A DNA stretch of 64,000 nt from Armatimonadota bacterium (GTDB taxonomy: Bacteria > Armatimonadota > HRBIN16), in the NCBI GenBank assembly GCA_963677485.1, contig OY781964.1, positions 608,001-672,000 of the forward strand. The letters run 5' to 3'. Made by a program: the position numbers and the translations under genes. Of the stretch, positions 39,143 to 49,077 are shown one piece after another. The notes under the pieces were generated by a model. That model had not been told where the DNA came from. It did not search any database and saw only the letters and a list, made by a program, of their open reading frames with translations. Numbering within the stretch: position 1 is the stretch's first letter; the number at the start of each line of letters is the position of its first letter.

Positions 39143-39173
39143 AGATTGTTTGCCCCCTAGTATATGGAGGGCT

Positions 39174-40373
39174 GTGAATTTGAGATGGCCGTGGCAGCGC
39201 AAGGAAAAGAGAATTGCTGATCCGTGGGTGATCGGCGGGGTCGACAAGTATGGTCGGCCGACGAATGCGGCGATACAGATCGCTGCATTGCATCGGTGCG
39301 TGGCGGTGATCAGCGAGAGCATCGCGACGCTGCCGATCCATGTATACCAGATGACCAAAGATGGCAGAGTGCCGAAGCCAAGCCACCCCCTTCAATCCCT
39401 CCTGTATTCTACGCCGAACCGGCGGATGATCCCGTGCGTATTCTGGCAGTCGGTGGTCGAGAACACCGTGCTGCTGGGCAACGGGTATGTGGAGATCGCA
39501 CGCGATGAGAACACCCGGCCGGTGGAGTTGTGGCCGTTGTGCCCTGCCGAGGTTTACGCCGACGCCGAGTTGGACGGCACCCCGAACTACACCGTGACGC
39601 GGGCGGGCACGGCGCATAAACTGGCAGACAGCGATGTGATGCACATCCCCGGCCAGGGCTATGACGGTCTGCGCGGGAGCTCGCTGCTGGAGAGGTTCCG
39701 GACGGTGTTCGGGATCACCATCTCGGCGGACACACTGGCTGAGAGTTACTTTCGGCAGGGGGCCAAGCCGTCTGGGGTGTTGAGCACTCCCGACGAGATG
39801 AGTGAAGACGCCGAGAAGAACCTGATCGACGCGTGGCGACGGCTGTATGAGGGGGCCTCGAACGCTGGGCGGATCATGCTGCTTCAGCAGGGGGTGAAGT
39901 TCGATGCGCTGTCAATCAGCTTCGCGGACAGCGAGTTTCTGAAGAACCGGGAGTTTCAAGTGGCGGAGGTCTGCCGCGTGTTCGGTGTTCCGATGCATAT
40001 GGTCATGGCACCCGGAGGGACATATGCCAGCGACGAGGCGCGGGCTAGGGAGTTCTACTCGTTGACGTTGCAGCCCTGGATTGTGCGGCTGGAGCAATCG
40101 ATCAGCCGGAGCCTGTTGACGCCATGGGAGCGTGGGCGGATATTCGTGAAGTTTGAAGTCGACGGCCTTTTACGAGGCGACTTGGACAAGCGATATGCAT
40201 CATACGCCATCGCCAAGCAGAACGGCTGGCTATGTGTGAATGAGATACGACGGTATGAGGATTTGCCCCCGATAGAGGGTGGCGATGAATACTACGTGCC
40301 GCTCAATATGGTGCCGATCGGCCAGGCTGCGGATCAGGTGGGCAACGGCGAGCCGGGGAGTGTGAGGAAGTGA
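39174..40373 (+). CDS. Portal protein, HK97 family
   Basis: ISESIATLPIHVY, PN, LLGNGY, DVMHI, EVCRVFGVP, NEIRRYEDLPP. Confidence 0.95.
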   Translation: MNLRWPWQRKEKRIADPWVIGGVDKYGRPTNAAIQIAALHRCVAVISESIATLPIHVYQMTKDGRVPKPSHPLQSLLYSTPNRRMIPCVFWQSVVENTVLLGNGYVEIARDENTRPVELWPLCPAEVYADAELDGTPNYTVTRAGTAHKLADSDVMHIPGQGYDGLRGSSLLERFRTVFGITISADTLAESYFRQGAKPSGVLSTPDEMSEDAEKNLIDAWRRLYEGASNAGRIMLLQQGVKFDALSISFADSEFLKNREFQVAEVCRVFGVPMHMVMAPGGTYASDEARAREFYSLTLQPWIVRLEQSISRSLLTPWERGRIFVKFEVDGLLRGDLDKRYASYAIAKQNGWLCVNEIRRYEDLPPIEGGDEYYVPLNMVPIGQAADQVGNGEPGSVRK

Positions 40374-40978
40374 GCGACAACCTACAGTTTCGGTGGATGC
40401 AGCACAACGCGGAGCTGCGAATGTCTGGCGAGGAGAGCCGCACTATCAACGGGTATGCGGCGGTGTTCAACTCGGAGACGATGATTTTCAGAGACACCTA
40501 TGAGGTGATCCGTCCGGAGGCGTTCCGGACCACCAACATGGATAAAGTGGTGTGCCTGTTCAACCACAGCTATGACCAGATGGTGGCGAGTGTGGCGGGC
40601 GGCACGCTGCGGCTGTCGACAGATGACCACGGTCTGCGGTTTGAGGCCGATGTGGCCCGCACGATGATAGGCGACCAGGTGATTGAGCTGGTGCGACGGG
40701 GTGACCTGCAGGGCTGCAGCTTCGCGTTCTGGGTGACGAAGGATGCCTGGACGGACCGCGGGGACGGGGTGATGCTGCGGGAGCTGCTAGATATCCGGGA
40801 GATCGATGACGTTGGTCCGGTGGTGCGACCGGCGTATGTAGCCACAAGTGTGGCTATGAGGAGCTATTACGAAGCTCGGTGCAAGCGACCAGAGGGTAAA
40901 CCTGCTGAGGAAGTGAATGCGCAGCCTACCCTGAACAACGACTGGATGATGCTGAAGAAGCTAATGGAGGGACGATGA
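40370..40978 (+). CDS. Prohead protease, HK97 family
   Basis: GYAAVFN, LFNH, DDHGL, GCSFAF, PAY. Confidence 0.93.
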   Translation: MSDNLQFRWMQHNAELRMSGEESRTINGYAAVFNSETMIFRDTYEVIRPEAFRTTNMDKVVCLFNHSYDQMVASVAGGTLRLSTDDHGLRFEADVARTMIGDQVIELVRRGDLQGCSFAFWVTKDAWTDRGDGVMLRELLDIREIDDVGPVVRPAYVATSVAMRSYYEARCKRPEGKPAEEVNAQPTLNNDWMMLKKLMEGR

Positions 40979-42165
40979 ACCGAAAGAGATTGATTGACCA
41001 GCGCAACCAACTGTTGGCGGAGTTGGAGCAGATGCTGAACACCGCCGAGGGTGAGAACCGCGGGTTTACCGAAGAAGAGCGAAGCCGCCGTGACCAGATC
41101 ATGGCGCAGGCTAAGGCACTGGGTGACCAGATCGGGACGATCGACGAGATGAACGAGATGCGCGCCTCGGAGCACGTGAGCATCAGTCGGCTAGCCGTTG
41201 GGGCCGCACCGCCTGAGCATAGGGTGATGGTTCCGACCGAGCTGCACGCAAGCCAGGAGTACCGGGACGCGTTCGCGCAGTTCCTGGTGCGGGGAGATGA
41301 CCGTGAGCTGCGTGTTCTTGGTGCAGTGACCGGCACAGAGGGCGGTTACCTCATCCCGACGGTGACCTACAACGAGATCTGGGACCTAACCAAGTCGCTG
41401 GCCCCGGTGGTTGGCCGAGTGAAGCGAATGCCCTCGACCGACTGGGCGGTGAATGTGCCGACCATGACCAGCAAGGGCGGCTTCCAGTACGTGAAGCAGA
41501 ACGAGACCACGACTCCGAAGGACCCGGCGACTGGTCAGTTGCCGCTGGTCACACAGACCGCGCAGTGGCTTATCGGCGTGGATAAGAACATGAGCAGCTC
41601 TACCGTGAGCGTAGAAGGGTGGCTTCGCGGACTGTTTGCCGAGGGTCTAGCCGAGTTCCTGGAGGGTGAGATCATCAACGGTGCCGGTGGAGCCGATGCG
41701 CTGCAGGGCATTTTGAACGCCGGGGTTCTGAAGAAGACCACCGCCAGTGCGACCGCGATCACCCGCAAGGAGATCGAGGCGTTGTATTGGGGTATGCCGG
41801 AGTTCTACCTCGGCCGGGCTGAGTGGATCATGGGTGGATCGACCGCGCAGATGATTGCCGACGTGAGTAATGCGGTGACCGGTGACACACTGTGGGCGCC
41901 TTCCCTGGTGGACGGCTACCAGTGGCAGCTTATCGGTCGGCCCGTGAACCTGTCGAGTGGAGCGCCGGTGTGGACGGCGAACACGAAGGTGATGGCGTTT
42001 GTGAACCTGCTGAGCTACGTGCTGAAGGACGGCGGTCTGGAGATTGAGTTGAGCGACCACTTCCAGTTTGACAAGCGGCAGCGCACCTTCCGTGCGGTGT
42101 GGAGCGGTGACGGGAAGCTGATGAAGGACTCGCACGCCCAGGTTCTGAAGGTGAAAGCGGCCTAG
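40975..42165 (+). CDS. Major capsid protein, HK97 family
   Basis: Coiled-coil delta domain, GGYLIP, INGAG...GIL, LIGRPV. Confidence 0.92.
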   Translation: MNRKRLIDQRNQLLAELEQMLNTAEGENRGFTEEERSRRDQIMAQAKALGDQIGTIDEMNEMRASEHVSISRLAVGAAPPEHRVMVPTELHASQEYRDAFAQFLVRGDDRELRVLGAVTGTEGGYLIPTVTYNEIWDLTKSLAPVVGRVKRMPSTDWAVNVPTMTSKGGFQYVKQNETTTPKDPATGQLPLVTQTAQWLIGVDKNMSSSTVSVEGWLRGLFAEGLAEFLEGEIINGAGGADALQGILNAGVLKKTTASATAITRKEIEALYWGMPEFYLGRAEWIMGGSTAQMIADVSNAVTGDTLWAPSLVDGYQWQLIGRPVNLSSGAPVWTANTKVMAFVNLLSYVLKDGGLEIELSDHFQFDKRQRTFRAVWSGDGKLMKDSHAQVLKVKAA

Positions 42166-42204
42166 GAGGAGGCTCAGCCTCATTGAGGCTTAGCCTCGCT
42201 TTCG

Positions 42205-42227
42205 GGGGGCCAAAACGGCCCCCTTTT
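42205..42227 (+). terminator. Terminator after capsid gene
   Basis: GGGGGCC-aaaac-GGCCCCCTTTT. Confidence 0.7.
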
Positions 42228-42249
42228 CGACCGAGACAGATAAGGAGTA

Positions 42250-42684
42250 ATGATGGCAGACAACTATATCGGGCGGGTATCCATTGACAATGTGCCGGAC
42301 AATCCGGTGCTGGTGACGCAGGGCATACGGCTACCGAATGCGCTGTCTGCCATCATAGAAGCCGACACGAGCCAGAGCTCCGCTGTGCATATACCGGACG
42401 GCTGGCGTATCGATGAGCTGGGATTTAGCCTGGGTTGGACTGGTAAAATCTCTTTCCAGGACTCCATAGATGACGGGGTGACCTGGCGCGACATGCTTGA
42501 GAACGGCGAGAGCATCGCCGAGACCCCTGTGGGGCTGTGTGCACTCCCGCTCACCGCCGACATGAGCCTGCGTGTGTCGAAGCACCTGGTGCGGTTTCAG
42601 AGCGGCGTACGGGGCGACCTTGTGGCACAGACCACCGCACAGACCACCGCACAGACCATAGATATCTCGCTGGTAAGCATGTAG
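42250..42684 (+). CDS. Hypothetical virion protein
   Basis: RBS AAGGAG; beta-rich; 12-bp tandem repeat near the 3' end. Confidence 0.6.
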   Translation: MMADNYIGRVSIDNVPDNPVLVTQGIRLPNALSAIIEADTSQSSAVHIPDGWRIDELGFSLGWTGKISFQDSIDDGVTWRDMLENGESIAETPVGLCALPLTADMSLRVSKHLVRFQSGVRGDLVAQTTAQTTAQTIDISLVSM

Positions 42685-42686
42685 CC

Positions 42687-44768
42687 ATGGGCCTCATCAT
42701 ACTGTTCGCTGCGACCGCAAAACGCAGGATACCCGCCCCCAAAGGTCCCATTCACCGTAACGCGGTGGGTGTGGGCCACGCCATCACCGGTATCGACTGG
42801 CCCACACTGGCCCCGCGGCTGGTGGCCAACGAAGCCGGTGTGACGCATGACATCACAGGGCTGGAATGGACAGTATATACCCTTTCGCTGGACACATTCG
42901 ATGAAGCGAACGCGGCGGGCATTGGACACGCTATCACAGCCCTTCAGTGGATTCTGGAGGGCACTCTGGGAGACAATCAATTCATCAATCCTGGCTTCGA
43001 AGATGGCATCAACTGGTATTCCATCCATGATGCCACTAATGGGTTCTATGGACAAGTTACATCGACGGCTGTCGCTGGCGAGTTCCACTCTGGGTCAAAA
43101 GCAGCGAAGTTGGTATCTGGAACAACAGACCCGACCAACATAACCCGGCTATCACAGGACTGTGCGACCACACCCGGGAAGACCTACATGCTTTCGTTCT
43201 GGGCGAAGGGCGATGGTGTCAATACCCCACACTTCTTTATGTACGACCGGACGACAGACGCAAGCATCACTCCGGAGCCTGTGCCAATCACAGGGCTAAC
43301 GACCGATTGGCAGAAGGTGTCATATACCTTCGTTGCCCCTGCTGGAGCTACACTGGCCAGGAGTGTGTTATATGCGCCGTATGTGGTGGGTGGCACCGTG
43401 TGGTATGACGACCTATACTTCGGTGAGGTCACCGTGGCATCGCTTGACGTGACCGAGGAGCCTAACACCGCAGGACTGGCGCACGCGATCACTAACCTGG
43501 ACTGGGCCTTATACGTGGTGCCTGTGGACACCTATGAGCACTACGCAGGTGTGGCCATCGCCCATGTGGTCACTGGTGTTGACTGGGAAGTCATTCCGGT
43601 CAATGAGATGAGCAATGAGGGGTTTGAATCTGACCTGGACTGGTGGACCCCAACCGACAGCCGTAACGGCGCGAACGGCACGGTGGCTGTGGTCACTGCC
43701 GAGGGGCAGATCCATTCGGGAGCCAAAGCCGTCAAGCTCACCTCCGGCACAGTGGATATGACCACTGAGCCCAGGCTACAGCAGGACAATACGCTTGTGG
43801 CTGGCTCGCGTTATGCCCTCAAGTTCTGGTGCCGAGGTGATGGAACGAATGATGGCCGCTTCTTTATGTATGACAAAACAACGGATGTCGACATCACCCC
43901 AGGCGTCATGTCCACGGACAACACCAGCACCACATGGCAGCAGGTGGAGTTCGCCTTCGTTGTTCCCTCTGGTGGCTCGAATGTCAGGTTGCTACTATAC
44001 GGGGCCAGCGTAGGTCTTGGCGAGGTCTGGTTCGATGACTTCAGCATCACGCTAAGGCCGCTCACGCCGGTCTCTGCCAACCCGGTAGACGCATCGGCGG
44101 GCCTGGCTCATGGGGTGTCATCCGTAAACTGGATCGTGCCTGTTCCAACTTATGAGCATGGAGCACAAACCGGAGTTGCTCATCTCATCACCAATGTCGA
44201 TTGGGATGTGGCCTCTACGCCCATCACTACCTATGAGAACACCGGCCAGGTGGGCGTAGCCAGTGCTATCACCAACATTGACTGGGAGGTGGCCGCTCCG
44301 AACCTGTGGGACGGCTATAACCCGGCGTTTGAAAGCGACTTCGCGAACTGGGTCAAGAACGACGCTACCAATGGCAACCACGGTACAGCCTCCATCGCCA
44401 CCGCTGCAGGCGAGTTCTACTCGGGCACTAAAGCTGCACGCCTGGCGGCTGACGGCAGCACGTTCTACGACACAAACCCATGGTTGCACAGGGACACCAT
44501 ACTACAGCCGTCTACGAACTACCGCCTGTCGTTCTGGTGCCGAGGTGACGGCACGAATGCCGGGAAGTTCTTCATACATGACAGGACCACGAACACATAT
44601 ATCACACCGGCTGATGTGTCAACGGGAAACGCAACGACAACATGGCAAAAAGTGACATATGATTTCACGACTCCCGCGGGTGCGTCGAATGTCCGTATAT
44701 TCCTCGAAAACCCCGGCACGATAAACAGCGTGGTATGGTTCGACGAATGCTCGCTGAGCACGCGATAA
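42687..44768 (+). CDS. Protein with three CBM4/9-like carbohydrate-binding domains and eight GxxHxITxxDW-type repeats
   Basis: NxxFE...HSGxKA...YxLSFWxxG...WQKV...VWxDD three times. Confidence 0.75.
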   Translation: MGLIILFAATAKRRIPAPKGPIHRNAVGVGHAITGIDWPTLAPRLVANEAGVTHDITGLEWTVYTLSLDTFDEANAAGIGHAITALQWILEGTLGDNQFINPGFEDGINWYSIHDATNGFYGQVTSTAVAGEFHSGSKAAKLVSGTTDPTNITRLSQDCATTPGKTYMLSFWAKGDGVNTPHFFMYDRTTDASITPEPVPITGLTTDWQKVSYTFVAPAGATLARSVLYAPYVVGGTVWYDDLYFGEVTVASLDVTEEPNTAGLAHAITNLDWALYVVPVDTYEHYAGVAIAHVVTGVDWEVIPVNEMSNEGFESDLDWWTPTDSRNGANGTVAVVTAEGQIHSGAKAVKLTSGTVDMTTEPRLQQDNTLVAGSRYALKFWCRGDGTNDGRFFMYDKTTDVDITPGVMSTDNTSTTWQQVEFAFVVPSGGSNVRLLLYGASVGLGEVWFDDFSITLRPLTPVSANPVDASAGLAHGVSSVNWIVPVPTYEHGAQTGVAHLITNVDWDVASTPITTYENTGQVGVASAITNIDWEVAAPNLWDGYNPAFESDFANWVKNDATNGNHGTASIATAAGEFYSGTKAARLAADGSTFYDTNPWLHRDTILQPSTNYRLSFWCRGDGTNAGKFFIHDRTTNTYITPADVSTGNATTTWQKVTYDFTTPAGASNVRIFLENPGTINSVVWFDECSLSTR

Positions 44769-44788
44769 CAAGGAGAGAGAGTAAACAC

Positions 44789-45823
44789 ATGGTTGGGCAA
44801 ATCAAAACCGGCATCAAATGCGAGTGGTCGGTTGACCTTATCAACGCCAAGACCGGCATCATCGAGCGGCACATCCCGTTCCATAAAAACACCATACTCG
44901 ACACCGGTATGGACTTCTTCATGAACACCTCATTTACAGATCATGGAGGTCTGTTCAGGTGTGTGAATGGAACGCAGGATGGCTACTATAACGCCATTGC
45001 AGTGGGGAGCGGTACCGCCACTCCCGCGTTTACGGACACGGCTCTGGGCACGTTCGTGGCTGCTAAGGCGTATGACTACACCCTGGGTTCCAAGACCATC
45101 GACTTGACCAGCAACACATCGCCGATCACTTTCACGCTGGTGGCGGCATTTGGTGAAAATGAGGCCAACGGAAACATCTCTGAGATGGGGCTGTTGAATG
45201 GCCTGACAAACACCGCTGGGAAGTTCTTCTGTCGTAACCGGATCGTGGACGTGAACGGCGACCCGACCACCATCGTGAAAGACAGCTCGCACACGATGAA
45301 CATCACGGCGCGCATCACGGTGACCCGCGTCGGTGACCCGTTCGCCGCCACTGCGATCACAGAAGTTGGGGACCTAGGGACAAACAACAGCATCGTCTCG
45401 TTTGTGAACAACCAGTGGCTGGCCGACTGTTTCCTGCATGGGAGCGGTGCGTCCGCTGGAGGGCTGTATACGCAGGCTACCGCGAACATGTATGCCAGTG
45501 CTACCGCCCTGAGTTTCGCAAGCGGGATCGCCAACACCGATTATACGGCTTTAGCATCCCCTTCGAATGGCAGTGGGAATATCACAAAACCCAACACCGG
45601 CAAGAGTGGGGATAACTACTGGCTAGACTTGAAGCTAGAGATACCACAGGCTGTGCTGAACATGAATATCGCCTCACTGGTCACACGAGGATTCGCAAAA
45701 ACAGCCAGTGGGGTGACAGGGATTGGGGAACCGGGTCTTGTGTGCAAATTCGCGACACCACTACCCAAGACGAGTGCCAAGAAGGTCTATCTGACATTCC
45801 GGCACACATGGACGAGGAGCTAA
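44789..45823 (+). CDS. Putative tail-fibre/collar-associated structural protein
   Basis: NTILDTG, IAVGSGTATPAFTDTALG, NGNISEMGL motifs seen in phage fibre/baseplate proteins. Confidence 0.5.
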   Translation: MVGQIKTGIKCEWSVDLINAKTGIIERHIPFHKNTILDTGMDFFMNTSFTDHGGLFRCVNGTQDGYYNAIAVGSGTATPAFTDTALGTFVAAKAYDYTLGSKTIDLTSNTSPITFTLVAAFGENEANGNISEMGLLNGLTNTAGKFFCRNRIVDVNGDPTTIVKDSSHTMNITARITVTRVGDPFAATAITEVGDLGTNNSIVSFVNNQWLADCFLHGSGASAGGLYTQATANMYASATALSFASGIANTDYTALASPSNGSGNITKPNTGKSGDNYWLDLKLEIPQAVLNMNIASLVTRGFAKTASGVTGIGEPGLVCKFATPLPKTSAKKVYLTFRHTWTRS

Positions 45824-45835
45824 GGAGAGCGCACT

Positions 45836-46189
45836 ATGTTTAAGAAAATCTGGGTATGGCTGCGGGACCGTGTTTTTCATCTGCCGGAGGATGAGAACAG
45901 CGGCGGCGACGTGATCCGCAAGCACCCGGCGGAAATGGAGATCGCCGTGGCGTATGCCGTGCGAGCCACCTATGGCCAGGTTCGCAATGGCGGACCGGGA
46001 GCAATCGACCGGATGGCCGCCAAGCTGCTGGACAGCGTGCTTGAGCCGCTTCCGGACTGGGAGGAGGCGATACTGCGGGCCGCGGCTGTTACCAAGGTGA
46101 AGGGCTGGGTGCTGCAAGCCACGGCTGGTCTGCCAAGTGAGGCGATCGTTGTGGCGCGGATCATGGTGATACTGGTGGGGCTGCCGTAG
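45836..46189 (+). CDS. Hypothetical protein
   Basis: RBS AAGGAG; coupled to the holin. Confidence 0.55.
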   Translation: MFKKIWVWLRDRVFHLPEDENSGGDVIRKHPAEMEIAVAYAVRATYGQVRNGGPGAIDRMAAKLLDSVLEPLPDWEEAILRAAAVTKVKGWVLQATAGLPSEAIVVARIMVILVGLP

Positions 46190-46596
46190 TGGGAAACAAT
46201 GAGCGAGCCTTAACATACGGCTCTCTTGTCGCAGTCATGCTGGCAATCCCGAAGATTTTGTGGCTGCTCATTGCTGCCATCATCATCGATGTCATCACCG
46301 GTGTGGCCGCTGCTGCGATGGCTGGCACTGTAAGTTCATCGGCTAGCCGGGTGGGTATGACCAAGAAGAGCATTGTTCTGCTCATTGTGGGTTTCGGCTA
46401 CGGCATAGAACACGCCACCAATGGTGCGATCCCTGCCGGGGGCACCATCACCAGCTTCTATGTCGTTGCCGAGGGCATATCCATCCTGGAGAACATGGGC
46501 AAACTTGGTATACCTATCGCCCCAGCGTTGAGGCGGAGTCTGGCAGTGCTCAACCAGTCTCAGGAGGTCAGAGATGATAACTCGGATAAGCAGTGA
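46189..46596 (+). CDS. Holin (phage holin family 4-like)
   Basis: IDVITG...SS...GMTKK...EGISILENMGKLGIPI. Confidence 0.88.
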   Translation: MGNNERALTYGSLVAVMLAIPKILWLLIAAIIIDVITGVAAAAMAGTVSSSASRVGMTKKSIVLLIVGFGYGIEHATNGAIPAGGTITSFYVVAEGISILENMGKLGIPIAPALRRSLAVLNQSQEVRDDNSDKQ

Positions 46597-47134
46597 CACC
46601 CCACTGACCCCAGTGGCCACAGTGGACGAAGCCATTGTGCACATGCGGCTGTTGGAAGCCGACGAGGCAGAACGGGAGTTCATCGCTGGGCTTGTTGAGG
46701 CAGCCACAGACTACATCGAGGGAGCGACCAACCAGACTTTTTGTGTGCGGGTACGCCGGTTCGAGGTCGTCAATGAGGGAAATAACGAGGGTCTGTATAA
46801 CCTGCCCATCTACACCGGCAGCCTCGATGTGGACACACCAACGCTGGTGCGTGTGGCGGATGACGGTACGCAAACCGCGGTCGACCTCAACACGGAGGCC
46901 CTGCGCCGCGGGTATGTGGGAATGAATGACCTTGGTGAGTGTGGCGATCACTCCATCCTCACGGTAACCATGGGCAGAGACAAGATCGAGCCGCTTGCCA
47001 GAGCGGCGATCCTGATGTGTACGGCGCACTGGTATGAGCACAGGGAGGCGGTCGATGATGGCCGCAGCCTGGGAGAGGTGCCGATGAGCGTGAAGTCGAT
47101 CATTGGCTTGTTAAGGAGGCATGTGTATGCCTGA
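46574..47134 (+). CDS. Head-tail connector (gp6-like)
   Basis: EAIVHMR, AATDYIE, AILMCTAHWYEHRE, VPMSV. Confidence 0.88.
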   Translation: MITRISSDTPLTPVATVDEAIVHMRLLEADEAEREFIAGLVEAATDYIEGATNQTFCVRVRRFEVVNEGNNEGLYNLPIYTGSLDVDTPTLVRVADDGTQTAVDLNTEALRRGYVGMNDLGECGDHSILTVTMGRDKIEPLARAAILMCTAHWYEHREAVDDGRSLGEVPMSVKSIIGLLRRHVYA

Positions 47135-47585
47135 GCAGACGTGTAATGACAAGATGATATCCCAGCCCGGGGTCAACAAAGTGGCGGCGCGGAAGTTCCG
47201 TGCGGTGTTGGCCGACGTGCGTGGCCATGGGCTGGAGCTCATGGTCACCCAGGTTCTACGGCCCGTGGCGGTGCAAAGGAAGCTGTATTGTGCGGGACGG
47301 TCTGACACTTACCTGCGGGCAGCGGGGTTGAGTTATGAAGAGATCTCCGCGGCCCGGAAGGCTGGATATCTAGCGAAAGATGACGTCCTGACCGGCACAC
47401 TAAACTCGATGCACTGCAAGGGGCTAGCCATGGATGTGGTACCACTGGTGAACGGTGTAGTCACCTGGGACGCAGCGTGCACCACTTGGGTGGTCTACGG
47501 GAGTGCGGTGAAGGCGCACGGCCTGACCTGGGGCGGGGCGTGGAGGTCGCTGCGGGATTTACCGCATTGCGAGTGGAGGGGTTAA
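47127..47585 (+). CDS. Endolysin, M15 family L-Ala-D-Glu peptidase
   Basis: R...Q..LY..GR, SMHCKGLAMD, WGGAW...DLPHCE. Confidence 0.88.
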   Translation: MPEQTCNDKMISQPGVNKVAARKFRAVLADVRGHGLELMVTQVLRPVAVQRKLYCAGRSDTYLRAAGLSYEEISAARKAGYLAKDDVLTGTLNSMHCKGLAMDVVPLVNGVVTWDAACTTWVVYGSAVKAHGLTWGGAWRSLRDLPHCEWRG

Positions 47586-47911
47586 TGGAAGCCGGGAGGC
47601 TGCGGTATAAAGCCGAGGTTCAGGGGCGTCCTGATGTTCCGGACGGGCGCGGTGGATTCAAGAAGGGCGACTGGACAAAGCTCGCTGTGGTGCCGGTGGC
47701 TATGACCGGACTAACACAAAAGGACCGGTTGGCCAGCGGGGTAAACATCCCGGAGGATGTGGTGAAGATCACCTGCCGGTTCTGCCAGTATATCCGGCAG
47801 CAGCGTCGCCTGGTCATTCTGGGCGAGACCTATGAAGTGCAGAGCACGGACACCGACAGCCGTCGGCTGGTGCTCAACGTAATCGCAAGGAGGGTGCCAT
47901 CCAATGGGTGA
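47585..47911 (+). CDS. Head-closure / head-tail adaptor (gp7-like)
   Basis: MEAGRLR, D..GG...W, ITCR, YEV. Confidence 0.8.
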   Translation: MEAGRLRYKAEVQGRPDVPDGRGGFKKGDWTKLAVVPVAMTGLTQKDRLASGVNIPEDVVKITCRFCQYIRQQRRLVILGETYEVQSTDTDSRRLVLNVIARRVPSNG

Positions 47912-48383
47912 GCTTCGAGGCAACGTGAGTGTAGATATCAGCATGAAGTATACCGCCACCGGGCTCGGATCGCAGACATGGCAGGGCAACTTCAACCATG
48001 CGCGGTCGTTAACGCCTGGCAGCGGTCTTGGCAAGGTCAACCAGGGCTGTGAGTTCAGCGCTTCCGCTGGGCTGCTGCCAACGGTGATCAACCTTAAGAC
48101 GCTGTGTGCATTAGCGGCTGAACCGGATAAGGCGGTGCAGAGTGATGGCGACATCGCCATGCTGAACTTCATCCTTATCAAGAACCTGAGCCCAACTGCC
48201 AACCTGACCATAGGGCCAGCCAATGTCAACGGTGCTGAGGGCATTGCCGGAGCTTTTGGACCAGAAGGGGTGCTGTTCCTTGACTTCGGTAAGGGAGGCC
48301 GCATGCTAGGAACGAATACCGACATCCAACTGACATCGACAGGCGCGGGAACGCCCGTGCTTATCACCGTGGCTGGCTGTTAA
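47904..48383 (+). CDS. Hypothetical virion protein
   Basis: Coupled ORF in the neck cluster. Confidence 0.55.
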   Translation: MGELRGNVSVDISMKYTATGLGSQTWQGNFNHARSLTPGSGLGKVNQGCEFSASAGLLPTVINLKTLCALAAEPDKAVQSDGDIAMLNFILIKNLSPTANLTIGPANVNGAEGIAGAFGPEGVLFLDFGKGGRMLGTNTDIQLTSTGAGTPVLITVAGC

Positions 48384-48757
48384 TGATCAACGCAGCAGAC
48401 AGCGCACAACTGGCGGTATACCAGATGCTCACCGTGGCCGGACTAACAGTATATGACGAGGCTCCGGAGGAACCAGAACTACCTTGCGTGGTTCTGCACG
48501 GCGGAGCTCCGAACATGATCAGCGTCTGCCCGCAGACTTGGAAGGTCGATATTGACCTGAACATACTCAGTGATGCACCTGGCTGCGCAGAAGCATCAAC
48601 GGTATACACCAAAATCTGTGAGGCATTGGGTGACGACATTCGGCCGACCAGCCAGCATACTGGCGGGTTCTGCCGGGTTGGTGAGATGGACCAAGACAGG
48701 GATGAGAACCTGCGTAACCCATCTGCGGTGGTTGAGGTATGGCTGGAATGCGGGTAG
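48383..48757 (+). CDS. Tail completion/terminator-like protein
   Basis: Q.AVYQML...VYDEAPE...P.VV. Confidence 0.6.
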   Translation: MINAADSAQLAVYQMLTVAGLTVYDEAPEEPELPCVVLHGGAPNMISVCPQTWKVDIDLNILSDAPGCAEASTVYTKICEALGDDIRPTSQHTGGFCRVGEMDQDRDENLRNPSAVVEVWLECG

Positions 48758-49074
48758 ATATCAACACTCAACGCATCATGGAGGACATGCGCCATGAACT
48801 GAATATAGCCCTGGTGGACGCGGCTCATCAGATTGTGGAAGCAGCCGGGTCATCTGTTCCGAGGCGGACTGGTAGGCTGAGTAGATCAGCCAGGGTCGTG
48901 GAGAGGGGGGCCAACAATGTGGTGATCATCTACGACACCGGATACGCGGGCCGTGTCTACTGGGATAAGAGCTTGAAGCATCGCAGGGGTAAGGCACAGT
49001 GGATACGCGCCATTCTTAAGGGAAAAGGCAAGAAGATAATCAGGCAGTGCCTGATCAAACAATTGGGAGGTTAG
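48739..49074 (+). CDS. HK97 gp10-like / minor neck protein
   Basis: VPRRTGRLSRS...YDTGYA. Confidence 0.7.
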   Translation: MAGMRVDINTQRIMEDMRHELNIALVDAAHQIVEAAGSSVPRRTGRLSRSARVVERGANNVVIIYDTGYAGRVYWDKSLKHRRGKAQWIRAILKGKGKKIIRQCLIKQLGG

Positions 49075-49077
49075 CGA

